DNA from: Minisyncoccota bacterium
Lineage (GTDB): Bacteria; Patescibacteriota; Minisyncoccia; JAHIHE01; JAGLIN01
Direction of reading: 5' to 3'
Length of the DNA: 52,094 nt
NCBI GenBank assembly: GCA_023142995.1
Contig: JAGLIM010000028.1
Location: 1 to 52,094 of the forward strand
Shown: in pieces, positions 37,251 through 46,174 of the stretch
Layout: each line of letters opens with the position of its first letter
Numbering within the stretch: the stretch's first letter is position 1
Position numbers and translations under genes: made by a program
The notes under the pieces: generated by a model
Told to the model about the DNA's origin: nothing
Databases searched by the model: none
The model's input: the letters and a program-made list of their open reading frames with translations, nothing else

Positions 37251-37973
37251 ATGACAGAAAATAATAAATTACCAAAACATATTGCTATAATTCCTGATGG
37301 AAACCGAAGATGGGCCAAAGAGCATAAATTAGATGCTTGGCTTGGACATAAGAAAGGAGCTGAAAAAAAGAAATTAGATAAATTAATAGATGTGATCATA
37401 GAATTGAACATTCCGCATCTTTCTTTTTGGGGTTCTTCAAAGGATAATATAAAAAAACGTTCAAAAGTTGAAATAGATTTTTTATTGAATATATTTAAGA
37501 ATAAATTTTTAGAATTAGCAGAAGACCAAAAAGTTCATAAAAATAATATTAAGATAAATATTATAGGTGATTGGAAAAATCAGTTTCCTGATGAAGTATG
37601 TTCGTCTATGGAAAAAGCAATAGATCGTACAAAAGATTACAATAGATTTTTTCTCAATTTCTTTATAGCATATAGTGGTAAAAGTGAGATTTTAGATACG
37701 ATCAAATGTATTGCAAAAAAAGCAAGAAAGGATAAGTCTTTAAATATAGATGAAGATTTCTTAAAAAGTTGTCTTATGACCAAAGATCTACCGAGCGTTG
37801 ATCTGATGATTCGCTCTGGAGGAGAGCCACATTTATCTGATGGATTTATGATGTGGGAAACAGCAAATTCACAGTTATATTTTTCCCAAAAGTATTGGCC
37901 AGATTTCAATGAAAATGATCTAAAAAATGCAATTGAAGATTATTCAAAAAGATGTAGAAGATATGGAAAATAA
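37251..37973 (+). CDS. uppS: Polyprenyl (undecaprenyl) diphosphate synthase
   Basis: PKHIAIIPDGNRRWA, DLMIRSGGE and WPDF. Confidence 0.93.
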   Translation: MTENNKLPKHIAIIPDGNRRWAKEHKLDAWLGHKKGAEKKKLDKLIDVIIELNIPHLSFWGSSKDNIKKRSKVEIDFLLNIFKNKFLELAEDQKVHKNNIKINIIGDWKNQFPDEVCSSMEKAIDRTKDYNRFFLNFFIAYSGKSEILDTIKCIAKKARKDKSLNIDEDFLKSCLMTKDLPSVDLMIRSGGEPHLSDGFMMWETANSQLYFSQKYWPDFNENDLKNAIEDYSKRCRRYGK

Positions 37974-38010
37974 ACCAACTCTCTAACTCTCTAACTCTTT
38001 ACTTAATCCC

Positions 38011-39048
38011 ATGAACAAGAAAAAAATATTCTTAGCTTTTATTATTTTTATATTCTCCCTTGTTTTTATTGTAATGGGAAGTTATTTTTATATTCAAGAT
38101 ATTATTAAAAAACCCTATAATATTCAAGATAGCGCAAAACAAGAATTTGTGATTGAAAGTGGAGAGAGTGTAAGGCAAATTGCAAATAAGCTAGAAAGTG
38201 AAAGTTTAATATTGGGTAGAAATTATTTTGAAATTTATATATGGCAGGAAAAGTTGGCAAGTAGGCTTCAGGCGGGAAAATATGAGTTGTCTCGATCAAT
38301 GACAATAGGGCAGATGGTAAATTTATTCGTAGGAGGAGAAATAGTTGGTAATGAAATTTCAATAACAATTCCTGAAGGTTATTCAGTCAAAGATATTGAC
38401 CGAACACTTGCGGAGAATAATCTTATAAACGAAGGAGAGTTTATAAATTTTGATGAAAATATTAACCAAGAGCTTTTGTCTAAATATGGATTTTTGGAAG
38501 ATAAGCCAAAAGGAATAGGACTTCAGGGATATTATTTTCCTGATACATATAAATATTACAACAACTCTCCTATAGAAGACGTGGTAGCAAAGATGCTTTC
38601 TAATTTTGATGCGAAGCTAACAAGCGACCTAAGATCTGAAATTAAAAAACAAAACAAAACAATTTTTGAAGTTATAATTCTTGCAAGTATAGTTGAAAAA
38701 GAGGCTGGTAATGCAAAAGATATGAGCAAGGTTGCAAGCGTATTTCAAAATAGGCTTGATATCGGAAAAGCGCTTGAGTCTGATGCAACTGTAAATTTTA
38801 TAACAAATTCTGGCAGATCTCAATCTACTTATGAAGATTTGAAAGTTGATTCACCGTATAATACTTATAAGTATAAAGGCTTAACTCCTGGTCCGATCTC
38901 TAATCCAGGGATAGATGCAATAAAAGCTACTATATATCCTTCCAAAACAGATTATTATTATTTTCTTACAGAAAAAGAAAATGGTAAGGCAATTTTTTCT
39001 AAAACATATCAAGAGCATCTAATGAACAAGAACAAATATTTAGATTGA
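38011..39048 (+). CDS. mltG: Endolytic transglycosylase MltG
   Basis: N-terminal TM, TIPEG, GY.FPDTY, LASIVEKE and SPYNTY..GL.PGPI.NPG. Confidence 0.93.
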   Translation: MNKKKIFLAFIIFIFSLVFIVMGSYFYIQDIIKKPYNIQDSAKQEFVIESGESVRQIANKLESESLILGRNYFEIYIWQEKLASRLQAGKYELSRSMTIGQMVNLFVGGEIVGNEISITIPEGYSVKDIDRTLAENNLINEGEFINFDENINQELLSKYGFLEDKPKGIGLQGYYFPDTYKYYNNSPIEDVVAKMLSNFDAKLTSDLRSEIKKQNKTIFEVIILASIVEKEAGNAKDMSKVASVFQNRLDIGKALESDATVNFITNSGRSQSTYEDLKVDSPYNTYKYKGLTPGPISNPGIDAIKATIYPSKTDYYYFLTEKENGKAIFSKTYQEHLMNKNKYLD

Positions 39049-39089
39049 TCTAGTCTCAATAGACATATATTTATTATTAATTGAAAATT

Positions 39090-39659
39090 ATGAAAGAAAA
39101 AAAGCTAGTTGATAAAAAAATATTATTCATTATCGCAAGCAAAAATTTCAGAGATGAAGAATATTTTATACCATATGAAATCTTGCAGAATGAAGGTGCG
39201 GACATTACTACCGCTAGTTCTATAAAGGGTGAAATAGTTGGTGTTGAAGGAGGCGAGGCAAGATCAAAAATGACTTTGAAAGAGGTGGAAGTTAGGAAAT
39301 TTGATGCAGTTATGTTTGTCGGTGGTAGTGGAGCAATTGAATATTTTGATGACAATGAAGCTCATAGAATTATTCAAAAAACAGTTAATAGTAGAAAGGT
39401 TTTAGCAGCAATATGTATTGCTCCAATAATTTTAGCAAGATCAGGAGTCCTAAAAGGAAAAAAAGCAACTGTATGGTCAAGTCTTTCGGATAAAGTTGGA
39501 AAAGAAGAATTGGAAAAAGCAGGTTGTAATATTTCAGATCAAAGAGTCGTTACAGATGAAAGAATCATCACAGCAGATGGTCCATCTGTTGCATCTGACT
39601 TTGCAAATGCTATAATATATGCAATGACAAATGAATGTGATGATAAACGAAAAGCTTAG
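39090..39659 (+). CDS. DJ-1/PfpI family protein
   Basis: FRDEE, FVGGSG, AICIAP and ITADGP. Confidence 0.9.
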   Translation: MKEKKLVDKKILFIIASKNFRDEEYFIPYEILQNEGADITTASSIKGEIVGVEGGEARSKMTLKEVEVRKFDAVMFVGGSGAIEYFDDNEAHRIIQKTVNSRKVLAAICIAPIILARSGVLKGKKATVWSSLSDKVGKEELEKAGCNISDQRVVTDERIITADGPSVASDFANAIIYAMTNECDDKRKA

Positions 39660-39678
39660 TATAAGATCAATAAATAAT

Positions 39679-39706
39679 TTGACATATAGATTAAGTTGTG
39701 TATAAT
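39679..39706 (+). promoter_or_regulatory. rplJ promoter
   Basis: TTGACA - 16 nt - TATAAT. Confidence 0.7.
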
Positions 39707-39715
39707 TGTTATATT

Positions 39716-39800
39716 AGTCCACAGACAGTAGGCAGAAATAAGTCCTACCGAGGATGAAGCAATGTTTTATTGTTTTGCTGTTGTCTGTTAGATCGCAGTT
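39716..39800 (+). ncRNA. Ribosomal protein L10 leader
   Basis: CC-AC-AGACAGTAGG...CCTACCGAGG core directly upstream of rplJ. Confidence 0.75.
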
Positions 39801-39822
39801 TTTTATTATTTAATATGTATTT

Positions 39823-40347
39823 ATGACTATAACAAAACAGAAAAAGAAAGACATAGTTAAAGGTCTTACTGAGAAGTTTTCGAAGTCAAAATCTATAGTT
39901 TTTGTTGGATTTCAGGGATTAACTGTTGCCGAGGATGAAGAACTAAGAGCTAAGCTCAGAAGTGAAAATATAGATTATAAAGTAGCTAGAAAAACTTTGA
40001 TCAAAAGAAGTCTTAAGGATGTTAATATTGAAGGAGTGGATGATTTAAATTTTGAAGGACCAATTGGAGCTGTAGTTGGATATGATGATGAGGTTGCTCC
40101 AGCAAGATTGGCAAACGAATATGCGAAAACGAATAAGAAATTAAAATTATTCGGTGGATATGTATCAAATAGATATTTAGATAAATCTCAAATTAAAGCT
40201 TTGGCATTATTGCCAGGAAAAGATCAACTAAGAGCTCAACTAGTAGGAACAATAAACGCACCTGTATCTGGTTTTGTAAATGTACTAGCTGGAAATGTTA
40301 GAGGATTAGTTACGGTGTTAAAAGCAATTAGTGATAAAAAAGAATAA
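39823..40347 (+). CDS. rplJ: 50S ribosomal protein L10
   Basis: GLTV..LR..LR, KVARKTL and LA.LP motifs. Confidence 0.96.
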   Translation: MTITKQKKKDIVKGLTEKFSKSKSIVFVGFQGLTVAEDEELRAKLRSENIDYKVARKTLIKRSLKDVNIEGVDDLNFEGPIGAVVGYDDEVAPARLANEYAKTNKKLKLFGGYVSNRYLDKSQIKALALLPGKDQLRAQLVGTINAPVSGFVNVLAGNVRGLVTVLKAISDKKE

Positions 40348-40398
40348 TAAAGAATAATAAATAATTTAATTTAATAATTTTTAAGAAAGGAAAATATT

Positions 40399-40839
40399 AT
40401 GTCAGAAGAAAAAACAGCTTCAACAGAAGCAACAGAAGAAAAAAAAGAAGTAGAAGTTCCTAAAAAGTTTAAGGATCTAGTAAAGCAAATTGAAGAACTT
40501 AGTGTTCTTGAGCTTTCAGAGTTAGTAAAGGTCTTGGAAGATAAGTTTGGTGTTTCAGCAGCAGCTCCTGCAGCAATGATGGCAATGCCACAAGCTGGCG
40601 CAGCAGCTGGAGAAGAAGTAGAAGAAAAATCAGACTTTGATGTTGAACTTGTTGCAGGTGGAGATGCAAAAATTGCAGTTATTAAAATTGTAAGAGAAGT
40701 ATCAGGAAAAGGACTGAAAGAAGCAAAAGATATAGTTGATTCAGCTCCTGCGATCATTAAGGAAAAAGCGCCAAAAGCAGAAGCAGAGGCTTTAAAGAAA
40801 CAACTTGAAGATGCTGGTGCTACTGTAAATTTGAAATAA
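40399..40839 (+). CDS. rplL: 50S ribosomal protein L7/L12
   Basis: [27 protein letters not shown] and GLKEAK. Confidence 0.97.
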   Translation: MSEEKTASTEATEEKKEVEVPKKFKDLVKQIEELSVLELSELVKVLEDKFGVSAAAPAAMMAMPQAGAAAGEEVEEKSDFDVELVAGGDAKIAVIKIVREVSGKGLKEAKDIVDSAPAIIKEKAPKAEAEALKKQLEDAGATVNLK

Positions 40840-40861
40840 GTTTACCATAGATAATGGAAAT

Positions 40862-40892
40862 AAAAACAAGAGCTTTTGCTCTTGTTTTTTTA
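40862..40892. terminator. Bidirectional terminator
   Basis: AAAAACAAGAGC-TTTT-GCTCTTGTTTTT. Confidence 0.75.
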
Positions 40893-40926
40893 TTTAAGTT
40901 TATTCTTATCTAAATAAAAATAAATT

Positions 40927-43302
40927 TTATTCTTTTGTATTTATTTCAATTTCAAAGATATTATTACCGCTTAGGGCATAAATAGTTTCTTCTTTTTGAT
41001 CAACTATTATATTTTGCAAATTGCTAAATTTATCACTGACAAATTGTCTTATTAACTTTCCATTGCTTTTATCGAATAATACGATTCTCTTGTTTTGTTT
41101 ATCTGTAATATAGAGATAATTCATTTCTGGTTTGGTGTATATCGTTGATGTATCAGAAATAGGTGTACTTGGAATTTCAACTGAAAACTTTTGTTTATTT
41201 CCTGTTCTGTATTTATCAATTGTGCTATCAGATTTTAGAACATAGATAGAGCCATCAATTGTCAGAGAAATAGCATTTTCAATATTTATATTCTTATCAT
41301 CAAGCCACGCGTTTCCATCATTGAAACCTGTTTGCGTTTTTTTGAATTTGTATATTTGATTTGACAATGGATTTAAAGTGTAGATGAAATTACTATATGA
41401 ACTAATATCTTTTATTTCTGTATTGCTATCTGATAACTTCTCGCTAGCATTTGAAAAACTTTCAGTACTAATGTCATATATTTCAAAGCTATTATCTTCT
41501 GTAATAAATACTATTTCACCTATCTTGTTAATTAACTCTGAAGTAGTGGTAAAGCTTGTATTTTCATCAGAATAAACTTTTAGAGCTCCTATGCTGTTTT
41601 TTGAAAGATTTAAGTCGCTAATAAGCTTATTCTTTAAATCAAAAATAAAATATTTATCATTATATTGGAATATTTTTTCAGGATCATTTATGTGATCAAC
41701 ATTGTTAAAATCAATTACCTGCTTTGGATCATTAATTCTATTTATTAGATCAATAACATCTAGTTGATCTCGAATATTACTTAATAAAGCGATAAAGTTA
41801 TTATTTAGGTCTGTATATCTACTTTTTCCATTTAAGGTGGTGTTTCTTCGGTCTATTATTTTTCTTGCTTCTAGCAGTGTTTTTCTTGCTTGGCTCTTAT
41901 CGCTGATCGAATCGATCTCTGCCCGATCTACTTTTTCCTGAGCTTGTAAAAATATGTTTGAATATGCAGTAAATTTATTATCTTCAATATCTTTATATCT
42001 CTTGAAAACTAATCCTCCTGATAAAATAAAAGCAACTAAAATAAAAGCAATAACAATAACTCTTTTTCTTTTAGAGACTGAACTAATTTTTTGATATAAT
42101 TCTTCGTCAGATGTTTCTCTGTTTTTAACATTCTTTAACATTTCAATAGACTTTTTTAAAAGAAGTATTATAGGAGATATGATTAATAAAAATATTTTTA
42201 TGAAAAGCTTGCTTAATTTATTAAGAGTTTGACCTAAGGATCTGTTTTTAGTATCTTCATCCAGAGAAGAAAGAAAATCATCAGAATCTTCTTTTTCTTC
42301 TGTGGTGTTGTTTTCTATTTCTGCTTGTGGTCTATTAATATCATCTAATTTATTCTCATTGTCAGTATTTATGTTTTTTTCATCTGAATTTTCATATCCA
42401 TTTATAATATCTTCAAGACTTAGTTTTTCTTCAGCGTTAGTAACAATATTGTTTTTATCTGTTGTTTTTGCCTCTTTGTCATTGAAAGTTTCTTTTTTAT
42501 TAATCATAGTTTCATCACTTTCTTTTTTTGAGAAGGGGACAGCTTTATTTTGTTTTTCAAAAAAGTCGTTTTTCTTAGGTTCAATTTCAATATGTGTATG
42601 TGGTATTGTTTGTTGGTCGTTTTCTTCGATCTTCATAGCAAGTACTCCCATAGTGTTCAGGTCATTGTTCTGATTAGCAACATCGCTTATAATTTGAACA
42701 AAATCGTCAAGGCTATGTGAAGATTCTAATTCTTTTAACTTTTCTTCTGAGAATATGTTGAAAAGTTCAGGAGTTGCAAATAATACTAAATCTCCTACTT
42801 CTAATTCTCCGCTAGCAATATTTGCAAATGTTTTAAGCGAATCAGAACCATTTTGACTAGCAATATTTTCTCCTATATCAGAAATTTTGTTGTCCCTTAT
42901 AAGCACAGTCCTTATTTTTCCAGCTTGGCTTATATAAAGTTCTCCATTTTTATATGCGCTACATGTCATATTCAAATTACCCATCCAATCTGTATTATCT
43001 TGTTCTGCAAGATCAGAAAGTGCGGTATTTACTTTATGCAATCCAGATTCCAAACTTTCCATAGTGGATCTTTTTGGATTGGAATAAAATTCAGTTTTGA
43101 TCTTTGATGCCAAGGTGTTAATAAGATAGGATGAACTTTCAGAAAAATTTACAATTTCACCAATTATATAAAGATTACCAAGGGCTTGTTCATCAATATT
43201 CTCTGGAATATATATAAATGTATCACAAAAAGATTTCCCTTCCTCAGAAGAAACAACAACTTCTCTTAAGGTGACTTTAATTTTTTTACTAGAATCTAAC
43301 AT
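40927..43302 (-). CDS. Large membrane protein: PP2C/SpoIIE-like N-terminus, acidic linker, TM, C-terminal beta-propeller-like domain
   Basis: GELEVGDLVLFAT (degenerate PP2C), hydrophobic VIVIAFILVAFILSGGLVF, repeated LY..D...RI blades. Confidence 0.55.
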   Translation of the reverse strand: MLDSSKKIKVTLREVVVSSEEGKSFCDTFIYIPENIDEQALGNLYIIGEIVNFSESSSYLINTLASKIKTEFYSNPKRSTMESLESGLHKVNTALSDLAEQDNTDWMGNLNMTCSAYKNGELYISQAGKIRTVLIRDNKISDIGENIASQNGSDSLKTFANIASGELEVGDLVLFATPELFNIFSEEKLKELESSHSLDDFVQIISDVANQNNDLNTMGVLAMKIEENDQQTIPHTHIEIEPKKNDFFEKQNKAVPFSKKESDETMINKKETFNDKEAKTTDKNNIVTNAEEKLSLEDIINGYENSDEKNINTDNENKLDDINRPQAEIENNTTEEKEDSDDFLSSLDEDTKNRSLGQTLNKLSKLFIKIFLLIISPIILLLKKSIEMLKNVKNRETSDEELYQKISSVSKRKRVIVIAFILVAFILSGGLVFKRYKDIEDNKFTAYSNIFLQAQEKVDRAEIDSISDKSQARKTLLEARKIIDRRNTTLNGKSRYTDLNNNFIALLSNIRDQLDVIDLINRINDPKQVIDFNNVDHINDPEKIFQYNDKYFIFDLKNKLISDLNLSKNSIGALKVYSDENTSFTTTSELINKIGEIVFITEDNSFEIYDISTESFSNASEKLSDSNTEIKDISSYSNFIYTLNPLSNQIYKFKKTQTGFNDGNAWLDDKNINIENAISLTIDGSIYVLKSDSTIDKYRTGNKQKFSVEIPSTPISDTSTIYTKPEMNYLYITDKQNKRIVLFDKSNGKLIRQFVSDKFSNLQNIIVDQKEETIYALSGNNIFEIEINTKE

Positions 43303-43561
43303 TTGTGTATTTTATTATAAATAATTGTTTGTTTTATCTATATATTATAAAACTTTTTGCTACTTTTGACAAATGAAGTATCATTTTAACATCTTAACAT
43401 CTTGTATTTTAGTGCAGGAATTATAGGTGTTTACTAATTTGTTAATAGGAATCTGTTGTTCTTGGTATAAACCAATTTTTTGTTTTATTGTATTTATTAA
43501 TTCCAAGTAGAGACATTTTATCTGCTTTTATAGCAAGATATTTTATTGTTTGTAATCAATC

Positions 43562-43623
43562 AAAAATACTCCTATAACCTCTTTTATGACGATCGTCATA
43601 AAAGAGGTTATAGGAGTATTTTT
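43562..43623. repeat. 62-bp perfect loop-less palindrome
   Basis: AAAAATACTCCTATAACCTCTTTTATGACGA|TCGTCATAAAAGAGGTTATAGGAGTATTTTT. Confidence 0.9.
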
Positions 43624-43733
43624 AGTTTGTTTGCAATTTCATAATTTAAAAACTTAAATATGAAAACTTTAGTTATCAACATGTAGAGTATTGACAATTT
43701 TGTTTTTTTAATTTAATCTTTAAAAAACAAGAA

Positions 43734-43807
43734 GGGCATGTCGTCTAGTCTGGTATGACCGCTCCTTTGCAAGGAGTAGAACCGGCGTTCGAATCGCCGC
43801 ATGTCCA
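43734..43807 (+). tRNA. tRNA-Ala (TGC)
   Basis: GGGCATG/CATGTCC acceptor with G3:U70, anticodon loop TTTGCAA, GTTCGAATC. Confidence 0.9.
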
Positions 43808-43886
43808 TTTTAACAACGATCCACACAATGATGGGTCTTTTCTTTTGCACAAAATCAAATTTATACACATGTAATTAGTTATAAGA

Positions 43887-43992
43887 AACAAGGTTATTAG
43901 CAGTAGGAATAGTCATAAGGTTTAAGTCATAAGTTTGTTCTTAAACTAATAACTTATAGCCAATGACCAGTCCTATTGCTAATAACCTTGTT
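43887..43992. repeat. Long imperfect hairpin (about 106 bp) downstream of tRNA-Ala
   Basis: AACAAGGTTATTAGCAGTAGGAATAGTCAT / ATGACCAGTCCTATTGCTAATAACCTTGTT. Confidence 0.75.
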
Positions 43993-44137
43993 ACCTACAA
44001 CTTTAATATGTTTATCAAATGATTCATGTAATAATTGGTCTTTTCTTTTATGCAAGATTTATATACTAAATCTTGCCTTGCTATATACTTGAAAAGTTAT
44101 ATAATTAAGATAATGATAATTTAATGTAAACATAATT

Positions 44138-44716
44138 ATGTCAGAAATATTAGAAAGTTTATTTAACTCAAAGGCGGAAGTAAAACTTTTGCGTCTTTTT
44201 TTAAATAATGCTGATAAGAAATATACTTTATCTGAAATTGCAGAAAAAGTTAAGATCAGATCTAATATTGCTAAAAAAGAAGTTAATAATTTATTAAAGA
44301 TTAAATTTTTAATTAAAACAAAAAAATCAAATCAGACATTTTATAGAATTAATACAGAATTTATTTTTTATAATGAATTAAAAAAATTAATATTTAAAGC
44401 AAGTCCAACTTCAGCAGACAAAATAGCATCTCAGGTAATGAAACTTGGGCAAACAAGATTTGTGCTAGTCTCTGGAGCATTTTTGAATTCTGACAAAGGC
44501 AAAATTGACATATTGATCGTTGGTGAACAGATCAGTAGAACTAAACTAAAGAACTTTTTGTCTAATGTTGAAGCAGATGTTGGAAAAGGAATTAATTATG
44601 TATGTATGAGCACGGATGAGTTTAGATATAGAAAAAATATGTTTGATAAATTTATTTTAAATATTTTTGATACTCCACATAAGATATTAGTTGATAAGAT
44701 GAAAAAAGATGTGTAG
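44138..44716 (+). CDS. Winged-HTH plus nucleotidyltransferase-like regulator
   Basis: LF.SK..VKLL.LF HTH start; SGAF...IDILIVG NTase-like motif. Confidence 0.65.
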   Translation: MSEILESLFNSKAEVKLLRLFLNNADKKYTLSEIAEKVKIRSNIAKKEVNNLLKIKFLIKTKKSNQTFYRINTEFIFYNELKKLIFKASPTSADKIASQVMKLGQTRFVLVSGAFLNSDKGKIDILIVGEQISRTKLKNFLSNVEADVGKGINYVCMSTDEFRYRKNMFDKFILNIFDTPHKILVDKMKKDV

Positions 44717-44858
44717 TATATTTTTCACAAGAGATATATCAGGTCTCGTTATTAAAGAGAACTGCTAGTTTTTGTAGTTATATATTGTCAATTGTTGCTT
44801 TTTTTAATATAATAAGTTTAAGTATAGTTGTAATAACAAAATTAATTTTTATAAGTCG

Positions 44859-46121
44859 ATGAATGTTTTATCTAAAATAATCAAAAAAAGAAAGACCAAA
44901 GATGATTATTTTATCTCGTTAGATATTGGAGTTGAAGTTGTTAAAGCTTTGGTATTACACTTGGATCAGAATGAAGATAAGGTTTACGTGTTAGGCTTTG
45001 GATCAGTGCAGCAACAAGTTGGAAATATGAAAGGAAGCGATATACAAGATGACTCTGGTGTGATTTTGACGTGCAAAAAAGCAATATCCAAAGCAGTTGC
45101 AATGACTGATGTAAAACCAAAAAAAGTTATTATTGGAATAAATGGTGAATTCACAATGGGAATGGCAATGAAAATGGAATATCAAAGAAATGATTCTAAA
45201 TCAAAAATAGATACAGAAGAAATAAAAGATATCATCAGTACGATGCAAAAAGATATTCTTGAGAAAATAAAAAATAAAATGAAAAAGGAGCATGACGTGA
45301 AGAAAAAAATAAAAATTACTAGTGCTGATATAGTTGATATTAGTATTGATGGATATAGAGTTATGAGTCCAATAGGTTTTAAAGGAAGCAAAATTGAATT
45401 TAACATGTTCAATTCGTTTTTATATAGTTACAGATTTGATATAATAAAAAAGATTGCCAAAGAATTACAACTAACTTTGCTTGATGTTATTTCAGAATCT
45501 TATGCTGTAGCAATGTCAATTGGTGCTCAAGATAATACGGAATTTAATGCAATATTGGTTGATGTTGGAGGTAAGACAACTAATGTAGCAATTGTGCATG
45601 ATGGAAATGTTGAAGATGTCGTAACTTTTAATATAGGAGGACGTGCTTTTACAAAAAGTCTATCCAATGAATTAGGAATTAGTATGGAAGAAGCGGAAAA
45701 ACTAAAGATAAAATATTCAGAAAATAAAGTTGATAAAGATATGGAGGGTAAGATAAAAGAGATTTTTGCGTATGATTGTGATGTATTATTTGCTGGTATT
45801 GAAATTTCTTTGAAAGAATTTTCAAGTTCTAATTTGCTTCCCGTACAAATTATTCTTTATGGAGGAGGAAGTCAGCTTTTTCATATTAATGAGATTATTA
45901 ATAAACCATTTTTAAAAAAAGATCTGTCTTTTCTTTCTAAGACAAAAATAAAGTTTGTTAATGTAGATGATATAATAAATGTAGTTGACAAGACTGATAA
46001 AGTTAAAGGTTATCAATATATAAATTCTATGAGTTTAGCTAATTTTGTTCTTGACTCAGAAGACGTTGATAGTAATAGTGTAAATGTGATTCTGAGAGAT
46101 CTAATTAGGAAGAACTATTAG
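44859..46121 (+). CDS. FtsA-like actin-fold ATPase
   Basis: LDIG..VKA, IDG, LVDVGGKTT, GG..FT, AEKLK and GGGS. Confidence 0.8.
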   Translation: MNVLSKIIKKRKTKDDYFISLDIGVEVVKALVLHLDQNEDKVYVLGFGSVQQQVGNMKGSDIQDDSGVILTCKKAISKAVAMTDVKPKKVIIGINGEFTMGMAMKMEYQRNDSKSKIDTEEIKDIISTMQKDILEKIKNKMKKEHDVKKKIKITSADIVDISIDGYRVMSPIGFKGSKIEFNMFNSFLYSYRFDIIKKIAKELQLTLLDVISESYAVAMSIGAQDNTEFNAILVDVGGKTTNVAIVHDGNVEDVVTFNIGGRAFTKSLSNELGISMEEAEKLKIKYSENKVDKDMEGKIKEIFAYDCDVLFAGIEISLKEFSSSNLLPVQIILYGGGSQLFHINEIINKPFLKKDLSFLSKTKIKFVNVDDIINVVDKTDKVKGYQYINSMSLANFVLDSEDVDSNSVNVILRDLIRKNY

Positions 46122-46174
46122 TATAAAATTAAATTATTACAAAATTAATAGTTAATAAATATCTATAAAATCTT

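Noticed and set aside
40371-40757. 128-aa minus-strand ORF and the many other short antisense or alternate-frame ORFs in the track
   Set aside because: They are shadows of well-supported genes on the opposite strand or in another frame, with no motifs
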